Part shown: positions 39,640 to 52,789 of the stretch, piece by piece
Layout: every line of letters starts with the position of its first letter
How positions within the stretch are numbered: position 1 is the stretch's first letter
Assembly: GCF_006345805.1 (NCBI RefSeq)
Contig: NC_043000.1
Location: 74,400,001-74,464,000 of the forward strand
Direction: 5' to 3'
Source of the DNA: Octopus sinensis
Taxonomy: Eukaryota
Length of the DNA stretch: 64,000 nucleotides
Notes under the pieces: model-generated
Databases searched by the model: none
Told to the model about the DNA's origin: nothing
Seen by the model: the letters and a program-made list of their open reading frames with translations, nothing else
Translations under genes and position numbers: made by a program

Positions 39640-40001
39640 AGATGTGTTACCAGTGCCGGTGGCATGTAAGAGATCCTTCCGTTTCGCGACTGTTGCCAGC
39701 ACCGCCCCGTTTCGTGTCCGTTGCCAGCCTCGCCTGGCCCTCGTGCCGGTGGCACATAAAAAGCACCATCCGTTCGTGGCCATTCACCAGCTCTGTCTGG
39801 CACCTGTGCGGGTGGCACGTAAAAAGCACCCACTACACTCACGGAGTGGTTGGCATTAGGAAGGGCATCCAGCCGTAGAAACACTGCCAGATTTGACTGG
39901 GCCTGATGAAGCCTTCTGGCTTCACAGACCCCAGTAGAACCGTCCAACCCATGCTAGCATGGAAAACGGACGCTAAACGATGATGATGATGATGATGATG
40001 A
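39640..40001 (+). mobile_element. Non-autonomous or 5'-truncated copy of the RTE 3' end with (GAT)n tail
   Basis: gtgccggtggcac hairpin units then ...aaccgtccaacccatgctagcatggaaaacggacgctaaac(gat)n, matching the reverse complement of 15011-15220. Confidence 0.85.
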
Positions 40002-41189
40002 TATATATAATAACAACAAGGTAAAAGATTTTATTTTTCATTCCCTTCGAAAATTGCTCTTAAAATGTAGTTTTGGTCATTTTGACTGCTTCTTCTAGTG
40101 TGTAAAAATTACCTATTAAAGGTAGTTTTCTCTTGTGTTTAATGTACACTATTTTATATTGAGAATTTGTTGTCTATTGACTTTTTATATATGCTAGGCC
40201 CACTGGTAGTGAAATTTCTAAAAATATTCACCACCATATATAATTTTACGAATGTATGTATATATATAGAGAGAGATAGATAGATAGATAGATGTAGATA
40301 TATAAATATACACACATACACATGATTTATATTATTTGTTCAGTGAATGTGTGTGTGATAATAGAAAAACATACAAGATTATACATATGTTCTTATAGGT
40401 TTCTCTTCTTTCATTTATCCCGTTACTTCGGGTGGGTTGTGTATTTCACTTTTTAATCAACTTCTGGAACAATAACTCCCATCTGTTTGCCTTTTTTTCT
40501 TATTTGTCCCTGGAGTGTCAGCAGTGCTCTTTCTCTCCCTTTCCTTCTCTCTCTCTCTCCTTCTTTCTCTCTCTGTACACACACGTGCGCGCACACACAC
40601 ACTCCTTTCATGTTTAACTATCTATATCATCCTTATCTCCCTACCTCAGCCAGAAGACATTTTGTTTTGTAAAAACATTTTTTCCCTTTACAGTTTTTTT
40701 TTTTACCTAAACTGAATAAAGACCATTTTACATAACAGTTTTAAAGAAAGAAGAGGAGCACATATGCATGAGTAATAGAGAAGTAACTACCAGTGTGTGT
40801 CTTACATGTATGAGTGTGTGTGAATTTGAATATGTATGTCTGCATCAGGATTATGTACTGTGTTCTGTAAGACATATTGCCTTGTTTTATAGTACTAAAC
40901 TGAAACATAAGTAATATTTATTTTTATCACATAGGTTAAGCATGCAGGCATAGAATTTTCCAGTTAATTTGAACCAGAGGCATCGTTTCTATCTACCATA
41001 TATATTCAACAACTTATACTAGCATATTCACTAGTGCAAAGTTTATCTGCTTCAGGCAAACCTTTTTACTTAGTTACCAAATGGAGTAGCCCACTAAAAT
41101 GTAGCAAGCTAATTCAAAAATAAAAGGTGGAAAAACAATTGCTTTGTTTGTTTTTCTGATATGCTTATAACTACTTTATTTGAAATGTT

Positions 41190-41650
41190 CTTTTCAGGAT
41201 AACTTACAAATGACTTGTGCTTTACTGGTTTTGCTTGTTGGCTCATTGAACAAGGGTGTCATTATCATTCTGTACAAACTTCTCTCCAGCAATGTCTTGA
41301 TTTTCTTTGCATTCCTGATTCTCATTCTTAGAACATTGGTAAACTTTTTACTTTTAGCTTCTCCCCTTGCTAGATATATACCTGACATTTAGTGTCTCTT
41401 GTTTCCAACTGATATTTCTCTTTGCTACCCTCTTTCAGCTGGTCTTTCCAAGCCTATCTCTTAATCTTTATGGCTCTATCTACAGAGCTGTTCTACCACC
41501 ATACTGCCCTCTTTTTGGTTATGATCTTGCTCCCACCACAGGTTTGATCTATGTTCTTCTGTGAGACTTCTAATTGTCATCTGGGTTATTTCCTATCCCT
41601 TCCACTTTTTTGTCATATGCATAATTTAATATGTCTCTAAACCTGATGCT
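41190..41650 (-). mobile_element. Old RTE LINE internal fragment
   Basis: IYLARGEAKSKKFTNVLR resembles VYLARGEAEKEKFANVLR of the younger copies. Confidence 0.6.
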
Positions 41651-42689
41651 GGTTGTTTGCTCTTTCAGTTTCCATATTCTCCTTTTCCTCCTTTTTATAA
41701 TTTTGAAAATTTATTAATTGCTTACATGAACTGAACTATTACTACAGTATAATGTACTGTTTGTTTTGCTTGTTTTTTTGTCATTTTTTGTGAAAATATT
41801 TCAGTGAATATTTTTCATTTTAAAAATGTTTACATGCCTGTACGACTATTTTACATGATTTTATTTAATAAAACTTACGAAAACTTCTTACAACTTTTGT
41901 TGTTGTAATGTTTTGCTTTCATTTTGTGACAGAGGGCTATCACAGGAAATGTCAGCTTCCAAAATCTGTTTTCTGATTGGCTAAAAATTATCCAAATTTA
42001 AATCTCTAAGATTTTTCTAAAACTTTTATGGAATAAATGAATAACAGAATTAGATTCAGTGTGAAATATTACATCAATATACCAAATTTGAAAATTTTTG
42101 GCAGCAACAGAAAAGACCTTGATTATCTTCTTTCTTTGTGTTCATTGGCACTTACTCTGAAGTCATATTAGTCTAGTTTAGGTGGTACATTTTTTACCAG
42201 TGATAGACTTAGCATTCAGAACCAACTGCTGTCCCTTCTGCTGGTGAGTACAAGTCTATCTGGCTCCCATGTTCACTCAGTTGGTAGGTGACCAGTCAGA
42301 TGGCTGGCCAGTTTCTTCAAGTTGATGTTGTAGATGGTGAGGTCATTTCATCCTCTGTACCACAAGTACAATAAAACAAAGAGCCACTCCTTTTTTTTCC
42401 TCATCATCTTTAACACATGTCCACCTACTTATTTATCATCAGTTTTTTTTTTGTATTCTCTAATGCAATAATTAAGAGTATAAAACTTCAAATATACATC
42501 TCATATAGACAATTTTTTAATAGAATTTATTGAAATACACTCCAGGCCCAACTAACTTCAGTCCCTATGATTTCCTTGTCTTTTGCTTAAATATCTAGTG
42601 TTCAAGATGGTGGTGTTAAACTGAGTGACAGATTAGCATGTCTTTCTAATCTGTTATTAAATCTAGTTAGGATAAATCATTGTCATCAT

Positions 42690-43085
42690 TTAATGTTCAT
42701 TTTTCATCCTGGCATTAGACAGACTAACTGGAGATGGTAAGCCTAAGAGCTGCACCAGACTCCAGTCTGTTTTGGCTTGGTTTCTATGGCTGGATGCTCT
42801 TCCTGATGCCAACCACTCTACAGTGTGTACTGGGTGTCTTTTACATGTTACTGGCATGGCTGCTTTTTACATGTTACTGGCACGGTACTTTTTACATGGC
42901 ACTAGCATGGGTGCTTTTTGCATGACACCAGCATAGGTGCTTTTTACATGACACTAGCACAGATGCTTTTTATGTGACACCAACACAGGTGCTTTTTATG
43001 TGGCCCAAGCACAGGTGCTTTTTAAATGGCACCAGCACAGATGCTTTTACGTTGCACTAACATAAGTGATTTTTACATAGCACCT
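42690..43085 (-). repeat. RTE-tail-derived element with 26-bp tandem array (about 10 copies, 42835-43085)
   Basis: ggatgctcttcctgatgccaaccact..agtgtgtactgg as in the RTE tail; gtgctttttacatggcaccagcacag repeats every 26 bp. Confidence 0.75.
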
Positions 43086-43339
43086 GTTCTAGCGGGCTTG
43101 CTCAGTAGCTTGAAAGACAAGGACCTCTCAGCTGAAAGAGAATGCAGAACCAAGAGAAGTGGCTGTGTACTAGATTCTGTGGCTCTAGTAGCATAAAATT
43201 GGGCGGAGGATCGAAACTCCACTACTCAGGTGTGTACCAACTATGTCTGCACAGGTGGGAGTGGAGATGCTCGTAAGTCACTAGCTTTGATAACTGAGAA
43301 TTTGTGCATATGCTGGCACTAATCACCAGACATGGAAAG

Positions 43340-43870
43340 GGGTGATTGGGAAGAATGGCGACCCTAAATTCAATGAAAATGAAGTTGCCTTACTAGACTT
43401 CTGTTCTGGAAATGGGCTCTCCATTATGAACTTATTCTTCAAACACAGGGATATCTATAAATATACCCTGTATAGGAGCACTTGGGAACAGAGATCACTG
43501 ATAGATTTCATTTCTTGGAAACAGAGGCCACAGATAGATTTCATCTCTGATCTCTTTGATTTTGTATTGGATGTTTGTATAAAGAGAGGGACTGAGCTAT
43601 CAACTGATCACCACCTAGTCATTTGTAACCTAAGACTATTTTCAGCAGGGAGAACCCACAAAACTGACGAGTCCACTGTGACTTACAGAATAGAGTGGGA
43701 AGCCCTGGCAGATGATGGGATCAGAAACAAATATGCAAACACCATTTCATCCAAATTCAGAGACCCTTCTGAACAGATGGAAGATGTTGAAATAGAGTGG
43801 AGATTGTTTGCTCAACAGTTTCTTCTTTGGCTGTACAATGCTGTGGATGAAAGCAGCTTGGTGTGGTGCC
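43340..43870 (+). mobile_element. RTE (Rex3/Expander-like) APE endonuclease fragment
   Basis: VIGKNGDPKFNEN..LLDFCSGNGLSIMNLFFKHR..RSLIDF..VLDVCIKRGTELSTDHHLVIC. Confidence 0.8.
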
Positions 43871-44269
43871 AGATAGCAAAATCCCCTTGTTTACACAGGA
43901 AGTTAATCCTTTCTACTACAGGCCTGAAATTTTGAGGAAGCTTGTCAGTTGATTACATTGACCCCAATGACTCAGCTGGTATTTATTTCATCAACCCCAA
44001 AAGGATGAAGGACAAACTTGGCAAAATTTGAAAACTAAGTTTATAATGTCATCTGTATATATGTTTATATGTGTGTGTGTGTGCCTGTATTCACACGTTT
44101 TTGTAAGTCTTCATGTGTGTTTTCTGTTATAATCAAAAGGCTCATTTGTTTCTTACATTCCATGCAACATCTTCTGGTTATTTGTTGCTTGTGTGTGTGT
44201 GTGTGTGTGTGTGAGTGTGCGTGTGCGTGTGTGCATGCATGCATGTGTGTGTATAGATACACACACACA

Positions 44270-44810
44270 CATGGCTATGTGTTTAAGAAACTTGCTTTGC
44301 AGCCACATGGTTTTGGATTTAATCCCACTATGCAGCTCTTTGGGCATGAATTTGATAGATGGAAAGTGTGTTTGTCTCCATCACTGCTTGACAACTGATA
44401 TTTGGTGTGTTTACATCCCCATAACTTAACAACTTAGCAGTTTGGCAAAAATAACTGATAGAATAAGTACCAAGCTTAAAAATAAATTTCTACATGAGTT
44501 GATTCATTCAACTAGAAATTCCTTGAGGTGGTGCTTCAGCATAGCAATAATCTGATGACTGAAACAAATAAAAGATAGAAGATACATACATATGTATGTA
44601 TATGTTTGTGCTTGTCTCCCCCACTGCTTCACAATTGATGTTGGTTTGTTTATGCCCCTACAGCTTAGCAATTTGGCATAAACAACAGACAGAATAAGTA
44701 CTAGACTTTAAAAACTATGTTCTGAGGGTCAATTTCTTTGACTAAACTCTTCAAGTCAGTACCTCTGCATGACTGCAGTCCAATGACTGAAACAAGTGAA
44801 AGATAAAGAA
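44270..44810 (+). mobile_element. Two adjacent degenerate SINE fragments
   Basis: gatagaataagtac and tgactgaaacaa(a/g)t..aaagat tails as in the 62319 SINE. Confidence 0.7.
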
Positions 44811-45764
44811 GTATATTATATATTATGTAAACACCACTCAAATTATGCAGCTTTGCTTTTGTTGAAACTCAATACATTTTGGATGTTTAAAAACATTTTC
44901 TTCCTATAGGAAAGGCCACTTCCTGGTATGTTAACTATAGTCAAGATATAGTGAACAATTTAAAAACATGTAATTATCATGCATATATATGTGTATGCTT
45001 GTATGAGCATCAGTATAAACATAGAGTGTGGGGTACGATTTTTCATTGTGAAAATTTATATATGTGTGTATTTTCTTAGGTCACAATGACTATCTGTCTA
45101 GGTATCAGTATGTCTGCCTACTTTCTTGCCCACATTAACTTCTATCACTAACTATCATCAGTATCAACACAACCACCATCATCATCAAAATCAATATAAC
45201 TGCTGTGTTTGCTAATTTCCCAACTTATTAATGATCTATAACAGCAGTAACTCCATTTATAATACAAGACAATGACATGAGCTGGTAGAATCGTTAGCAC
45301 GCCGGGCAAAATGCTTAGCAGTATTTCGTCTGCCATTATGTTCTGAGCTCAAACTCCACTGAGGTTGACTTTGCCTTTCATCCTTTTGAGGTTGATTAAA
45401 TAAGTGCCAGTTATGCACTAGGGTTGATGTAATTGACTTAAACCCTTTGTCTGTCCTTGTTTGTCCCCTCTGTGTTTAGCCCCCTGTGGGAAATAAAGAA
45501 ATAAATGACATGAAATAATGCAGTACCCTCATGCATTGTAAAAGTTGAATGAAATGTCTTTGATCTTATGTCAATGAGGATTGATTTGAGTCTTAACAAC
45601 AACAACAATGCAATTAACAAAAACAATATGACCGCTGTCACCATCAACAATACCCCAACACCAAAACCAATACAACTAACATCACTACTAACCTAGCAAC
45701 TTTTCAATAACCTATAATAATAATATTAGCATAATAGGAGTAAAACTTTTGACACAAAAGCTTT

Positions 45765-46470
45765 TCTGGCTTGTAAAGGCTGGTTTGAAAGCTTTAAAAA
45801 GTGCATGAATTTGCACAACATAAAATTGCTGGTGAAGCTGTCAATGCTAATAGAGATCTGCTACTAATTATCTTCAGGAGCTGATGAATCATTGGTGAAG
45901 GGTTCTACAACCAAAGCAAATATACAATGTTAATGGAATTGCAGTTTTCTGGTAATGCAGGTCTACCAGAATTTTTATTTGAGAAGGTCAACACCAGGAT
46001 TTAAAGCTTTTCAAAAATTGTCTGACTCATTTTCTGGGAGAAAATGCTTCTACTAATATGAAATTAAAGCCCCTACTTCTGCATCACTTTGGAAACCCAA
46101 GGGTTTTCAAGAGTTACACAAAGTTTAACCTACCTCTGAGTTGGCTTACAAATAAGAAGGCATAGATGACTAAGAACTTTTCTAAAGAGTGGTTTAGAAA
46201 TTTTTTGTCCTACTGTACAGTGTCAGACAGTATTTCCAGTAAAACATTGCTCCTTTAGACAATATACCAAGTCCCTCAATGAACTCAAATGAGCTTTCTG
46301 ATAATATGAGAGCAGAATATATCCCCATGAATACAACTTCTTTGCTCCAGTCAATGGATCAAGTTCTACATGTTTTGCTGATAAAAACTTACAAGAGAAA
46401 TTTACAATTAGCTCAGTTGTACAAAGAAATCATAAACATCAAATGACTTTGAATAAGTTATCCACCTCTC
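45765..46470 (+). mobile_element. Tigger/pogo-like transposase remnant
   Basis: FLACKGWFESFKK, GEAVNAN, QIYNVN..VFW, later IPMNTTSLLQSMDQ. Confidence 0.7.
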
Positions 46471-46774
46471 AATGGTTGTTGATGATTGATTATAAGAAAA
46501 AAGATAATATCCATTTTTTTTTTAATAACTATCATGCCACTACAGAGTAATCAGTGTCTTTTGTAGCAAAAATTAATGATATAATTTTTATTTCTTCCGT
46601 AACAGAAATCATTACTTACGTGCATGAAACTGGTTGTGTTACTTGTTTTTTGTTGTTATATTTTCTTGAAAATTGGAATGCAGCTCACCTTATAACGTGA
46701 AAATCATTAGGAAAATAAATTTGCATTACAGAAAGATTTTCAGGAATGCATTACTTCTATAATGCAAAGGATTC

Positions 46775-46811
<37 letters not shown>

Positions 46812-47084
46812 CGGACAATTGAAAGGAAAAGGCACTCAAAACATTTAGGTGTTACATGTGTTATTGTTTAAAATAGTTTGATTCAGTTCCATGTGAATTT
46901 AAGTTTTATGGGCTCCTAACAAAAATCCATCTCATTTGGGCTTAGGTTACTTAAACCCAAATGAGATGGTTTTTCTGCTAGTAACCCACAAAGTTGCATG
47001 GAGCTGAATCAAACTATTTTAAGTAATAATAATGTTAATAATAATAATAATAATAGTGATAATGATAATAATAGCAATATAGAA

Positions 47085-47895
47085 ACAGAAGGGTTTATCA
47101 TAGCAGCCCAAGATCAATGCCTACCTACAAGGAACTACCAGGCCAATATATTAAAGAATGGCTGCTCCCCAATATGTTGTGTATGCCAACAACAAAATGA
47201 GACCATTGATCATGTTGTCTCCGTGTGCAGTTTTCTTGCGCCAACAGGCATGATAGAGCTTAACAATATATTCATGAGGTAAGAACGCAAACCACATTCA
47301 GTGCTTGAAAAAAATCACATCTCACTCTTCTGGAACTTCACCATTCACCATGACGGAAAGATAGATGCAAATAGGCCAGGCATCATATTGAAAGACTTTA
47401 GACAAAAATCATGCCTCCTCATTCATATATAACTGTCCCAATCGATATGAATATATCTGTGAAGACCTACCAAAAACTGAGAAAATATAAAGATCTTGAA
47501 ATAGAAATTAGCAAAATGTGGAACCTGAAGACTAAAACAATACCTGTTGTCATAGGTGCCCTAGAAATGATAGCAAAGGGACTGATTGCTACTTAGCTCA
47601 GATATTAGGAAACTCCAAAATGGAAGAAATTCAAAAGATTGTGCTCATGGGAACTGCCCATATCCTACATAAAATACTGTCTATGTAATCTCAAATTTTA
47701 AAATAAACACATAATTTTCTTATGGTTTCTTAAACATTCTCTAGAACAAGACTATGTACAAAACCAAATATGTGGCACCCTAGGCATAACACCAACATGA
47801 ACTTCTAATTTGTTGTCTCTTGAGGTCTCTGGATGAGACTTGGAGACAACTTGTACAAATGCAAAGCAAAAGTCAAGCATAAAATAATAATAATA
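47085..47895 (+). mobile_element. R4/Dong LINE 3' fragment flanked by (TAA)n
   Basis: ETEGFIIAAQDQCLPTRNY..C.VCQQQNETIDHVVSVC; KLRKYKDLEIEISKMWNLKTKTIPVVIGALEMI; (taa)n-rich sequence on both sides. Confidence 0.85.
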
Positions 47896-48475
47896 AATGC
47901 TCTGATGCAATACCATGCACTGGCTGTCATGGCTTATGATTTTAACTGATTGGAAATGTTATCATGTACATGTTTTGTTTTGGTATAAAAGATGGACTAC
48001 AGCAAATATTCTGCTCAATACCACAGATCTGCTTGTCACTTGTTTGACCTTAACCAGTTCAGCATGTCCCTTAGTGGCTGATGTTATGTGCATCTCTGAT
48101 CATGAGCAGAAGTAGTGGGGGAGCATCATAGCCATGTGTTGAAAGGAATTCTTTGGGGTTTGAATAATTTACCTCTGGAAACATGGGTGTTTCGTTCAAC
48201 ATCCTTAAACAACCCTTATTCAAGGACTTTTTGAGCAGGATGGGCTACTTTGACCTGAAGAACATACTAACTGAGTCTACCTGCAAGGTTATGTGCTGTT
48301 TATCTTGATATGAGATTACCATGTCGTGCATTTATGGTTGTGATGCATGTACCTGATGTATCGTTATCAGATGGGTAGTCATAATAATGGGTATATTGGG
48401 CTTCGTATATTTTACCCCAGTGTCACTTTGATGGCATGCACTGTTCTTTCACTCAATAATAATAATAATAATAAT
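47896..48475 (+). mobile_element. ~570-bp non-coding interspersed element ending in (TAA)n
   Basis: Starts right after the Dong (taa)n tail and ends cactcaataataataataat; recognised from memory as an abundant octopus repeat; no ORF. Confidence 0.5.
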
Positions 48476-48949
48476 TTCAGGCACAAGGCCTGAAATTTGG
48501 TGGGGAGGTGGTAAGTTGATTATATTGATCCCAGTACTCAACTGGTACTTAATTTATTGACTCCAGAAAGATGAAAGGCAAAGTTGGCCTCAGCGGAATT
48601 TGAACTCAGAATGTAAAGATGGATGAAATACCACTAAGCATCTTGCCCAGTGTTCTAACAATTCTACCAACTTGCCACCTTAGTGATAATAATTACGATG
48701 ATAATAATAATAATAATAATAATAATATATTAAAGAAGGTTGTTGTGTAAGGTCGGAATAGTATGAGAAGATACAAAGTAAACTACAAAAGGAAAATAAA
48801 ATAAAAGAAAGTTGCAGTTTTACCTTGTATTTCTATATTTTGGGCTGAAGACCTCTTCTTCAGGGCAGGAAGCATGAGATCACACCACCTTTCTTCTACC
48901 AAATTAAATCCCTACCCAAACTTTTCTTTAAAATCTTAAACTCTAACTT

Positions 48950-50800
48950 ACCTCTACAGCATAAATGCTACCCTATCTTCAATAAACCATCTATTAAAAT
49001 CTTGTATTCCAGCACACCTAATTTAGGATCCATAATTTCCTCCTCTAGCTGACATAAACTACAACGCCAGTTTTTAGAACCTGCAATCTGTCCCACTGCA
49101 CCCTACTTTAACCTGCCTAATGGCAATAATACAACCAGCCTTCATGACCCCACTTTACTTAATGATAACAAACTCAAGGAATCTTCCCACAATACTACCC
49201 ATTTGACCACATATACTAGTGGGGATACCCTATCCCAATCCAACACCGATACCGATTATACTTTCAGTTCTTCTTTACTGATTACTGACCATAGGGACCT
49301 GACCTCCCCAGCAGTAAATTCCAACTGCAGAGCAGGTTTGAATACTTGTAATTGTTGGGTGTCTCAACTCTGCTCTCTTGGAGGTTTCTGTTTACACAAA
49401 AATGTAGTCTACAAGTGGCATTATATATACCACACCCCAACCAAGCCAAAGGCCTATATTAGAGGCACTGTTGATTTCAAGTGCCACTACTGAGCACACA
49501 TGAACTCTTTCTCCAATCCAAATTCTAAATTATCTACCTCCTTAGCAATTTATATACACAACCTCAAATCCCCAAATATTCCCTATATGCTATCCTGGTC
49601 CATCATAAGAATACCTCAGTATTTATAATTTGTGTTTGAGGGAATCATTAACCATCCTTCACAACCATAACCCCTCATTACTCAATAGATTCTCGAATGT
49701 AATACTCTCTTGTAAACACAGGTTCTACTCATCTTTTGCCCATTTTATCAAGTCTATGTAATTCCATAACTATGATTATCCTTAATTATAATTAACCTTG
49801 AGGTACAACTAGGTTGGCCTAGCAACTTACCCCTCCACTAATACCACCCTTCCTACTAAATTATTCTTCTTATGATTACCTTTGAAAATTCCTCTTACCC
49901 ACCACATCCCTCCTGCCTTATAGCTTCCTTATCCTCACAAGTGGTATTCTTTCCTTATTCTCCTATTTCTCCTCTTCAACTAAAAACACTTTAAACTATA
50001 GCTCAACCTATCAACATTTCCTTCCCTCTCTATCCACCTCCCTCTATTCAATTTCATACACCTCTGCATACCTCAGTACTTACCCTCCATTACCATTCCA
50101 CATTCATTATAGTACTATTATCATGACCACTGACTCACTCTCCACCCTGTCCATCTCCCTCTATCTTCTCTCATACTTTCTATATACCTTAGTAATCTTC
50201 CTCTGTCACTGAATTAGATATTTTCCCTCCTTCAAATAATTGCCATTCCTTTTCTCTCTATCTCAGATTCCAATAATTCTATACCTATTATCCTTAAACT
50301 TTAACATCCAACAACAACTGACCACCCTTCAATTACTATCTATCTTACCCCTCCCATTGATCTCCCACCTCTCCACCTCTACTATCACCTCCCTTAATAC
50401 TCTCATTATCAACCCTCTCCCTCTTCCTGAACTAGCTCTCTTATCTCCTCACTATTCCCTATCTCAATACTCCCCATAACTCCACTGACCCTCCTACTTC
50501 CCCCTTCTAATACGACTAGCTCTCTACATTTAATCATTCCATCTTTGAATTTCTCTGCATTGAGATCTGAAATGTAAGATCTTTTCTACCCTGATGATGG
50601 CGGCTCAACTTATCCACTTTTAATTGCCTCCATTATGGCTGCATTTTGTGATGCACTACATCAACCAGCATTATAATGGATCTCCAATGCCCTAGAAACA
50701 GCTGTTGGATATATAGCACCTTTCTTCCTCCACTATAATTTTCTCTGTTGTTTGTACTCTGTGTAAGTTGGATCTATTAATGTAAATATCTATATATTTA
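48950..50800 (+). mobile_element. Penelope-like element 3' fragment: GIY-YIG endonuclease + C-rich 3' region (pLTR-like)
   Basis: STPNLGSIIS; CNC..LCSLGGFCLHKNVVYK; KAYI.GTVDFK.HY..HMNSF..LSTSLAIYIHNLK..IPY.LSWSII; followed by ~900 nt pyrimidine-rich sequence. Confidence 0.75.
50585..50712 (+). ncRNA. Candidate type I hammerhead ribozyme with extended stem II
   Basis: CTGATGA (50591-97) ... GAAA (50695-98), palindromic stem III acagctgt, GUU cleavage triplet, inner hairpin tccattat/ataatgga and gctg/cagc; stems I and II base imperfect. Confidence 0.5.
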
Positions 50801-52789
50801 TACTTAAAAATTTATTGTCTGAAAGTCTTCATCTTTTGCTTTCTCTCGTTTTGCATGTGTACATCTATACATATTTTGTATTTCATACCCAATCTATTAT
50901 ATTTAATATCTCTAATTTGTTTATCTGCATAATTAATTGCCTATATATACTGTATATATATATATTCAGGCACACAGGCATATGTTGACCTTATGCTCAC
51001 TGGAAATTTATCTGGTGATTTAGTGAAAGAGTTCTGTGTTGGTAATATTAACTGAATTTGTGATAATAATAGTAATAAATAATGACTGTTTTTTTTTGTT
51101 ATTATTTCACAATTTCTTATTCTATTTCAGGTAAATACTCTTATACTTTTTCCTTAAAAGTGACATGAAGTTTTCTAAGAATGGAACCATAAAGGTACAT
51201 TTTTTTTTAAATATGTAATTTCTAAAAGGATTCCTATATACTTTTATTTTAATCTCATGTTAAAAAATGCTTTGATATTGAAGATTGATGGCAAATACAT
51301 TCCAAATAATATCTTACTGAATATTGATTTTACTTTTTGTTGTTCTGTGGTATGTTTGAGTATGACATTAAACAGTTTCTGATACATTATTCAATATTTT
51401 CTATTCAAACATTATAAACTCAAGGAATTCCAGATTCGTTTCAGTTTTTCTCACCATTAATTATTAAATATATGCCACATTATGTTCCTGGTGCAACTTT
51501 TACAGATTTACAGTCCAGTTATTTTAACCCAAATATCCTATAAACATTCTTTATCATATGATTTCTTGAAATAAAGATGCAGGTATATGTGTGTGATTTA
51601 AAAAAAAGTTTGTTTCACAGCCATGAATCAATCTCATTGTTTGGCATCTTGGGTCTCCTATTCTAGCCCCAAGTATATCAAAAACCTATGAGTGGAATTT
51701 GGTGAAAGAAATTGTGTGTATATGGATGTATATATATAGTATGTTGAAAAACTTGGATTAACTGAGACCATTATAGCAATTAGTTAATAAAAACATGTTC
51801 AAGTGGGTGTCTAAAATCTATGAACACTAATACATTACGTAATTTCATGTCTACTTCTTTAATCATGAATTACATCTCATTTGTTTGCTTGAGTTTCTTC
51901 TATTCTTTCAGTTTTTGTTTCTTGAAAATCCATTTTACCATATTCATTCACTTCTGCTTATCTTGGATTAGCAATTTATGGAGTATGTTTTAGCTACTTG
52001 GAATAATTTTGTCTGTGTTATAATGCATATTTGCTTTTCTTCACCATTCAGTTACAGTTCTAAAGATTTCTTTTTTATTACTTTCAATACTATTAAACCA
52101 TATCTTCTAGATGTTTTACTAATATTTCATTGTATCAACCCCTAAAAGAAAAAGGAATTATGCATAGACATAATCAAATACTGTAGGTTTTTTTGTCAAG
52201 CAGTCTACTGATTCATCTCTCCACTACTCTAGATATAATGACTTTTATCTTCATAATCATAACTTTACACAGTATCACTCCTGCAAAATATTTCCACACC
52301 ATCATCTGTGCTGAATCTCAGCCACAACATCACTCTCATAATCACACTTATGCAATATCATTCACAATTTGACCTGCTTAACATTGCTATTTGAACATTT
52401 CCTGTTCAGAACCACTGTTACATCATCTATGAAGCGTTGCTGTCACAATTCACTGCTTCTTTTGGGTTTCTTTTCCTAAGAGATTTTTTTTTATCAGGTC
52501 CCTAGCTTTCATGTATTAAATTTTTGATCAGTTTTGTCAGAGTTAACAAAAAGTTGTGTGACTACATTATTTTGGCTGAATGGTATAGAAATAAAGTTTA
52601 TTGTTATCTTTCCTAATACTCCCAATGTGTAATTTAGCTGAGAATGTTATTTATCATTCTAATTTCAAATCTCATCAAGATCAACTTTGCCTTTCATCTG
52701 TCTGGGGTTGACAAAATAAGGTATCACTTTTTATTATTATCTTCTTATCTTAGGATGAGTCATATTCCTGATAGAATTTACATGGAGAC

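Noticed and set aside
46615-46770. Two strong minus-strand donor sites (GTAAGT, GTGAGC)
   Set aside because: Candidate exons contain stops or would need a ~25-nt intron.
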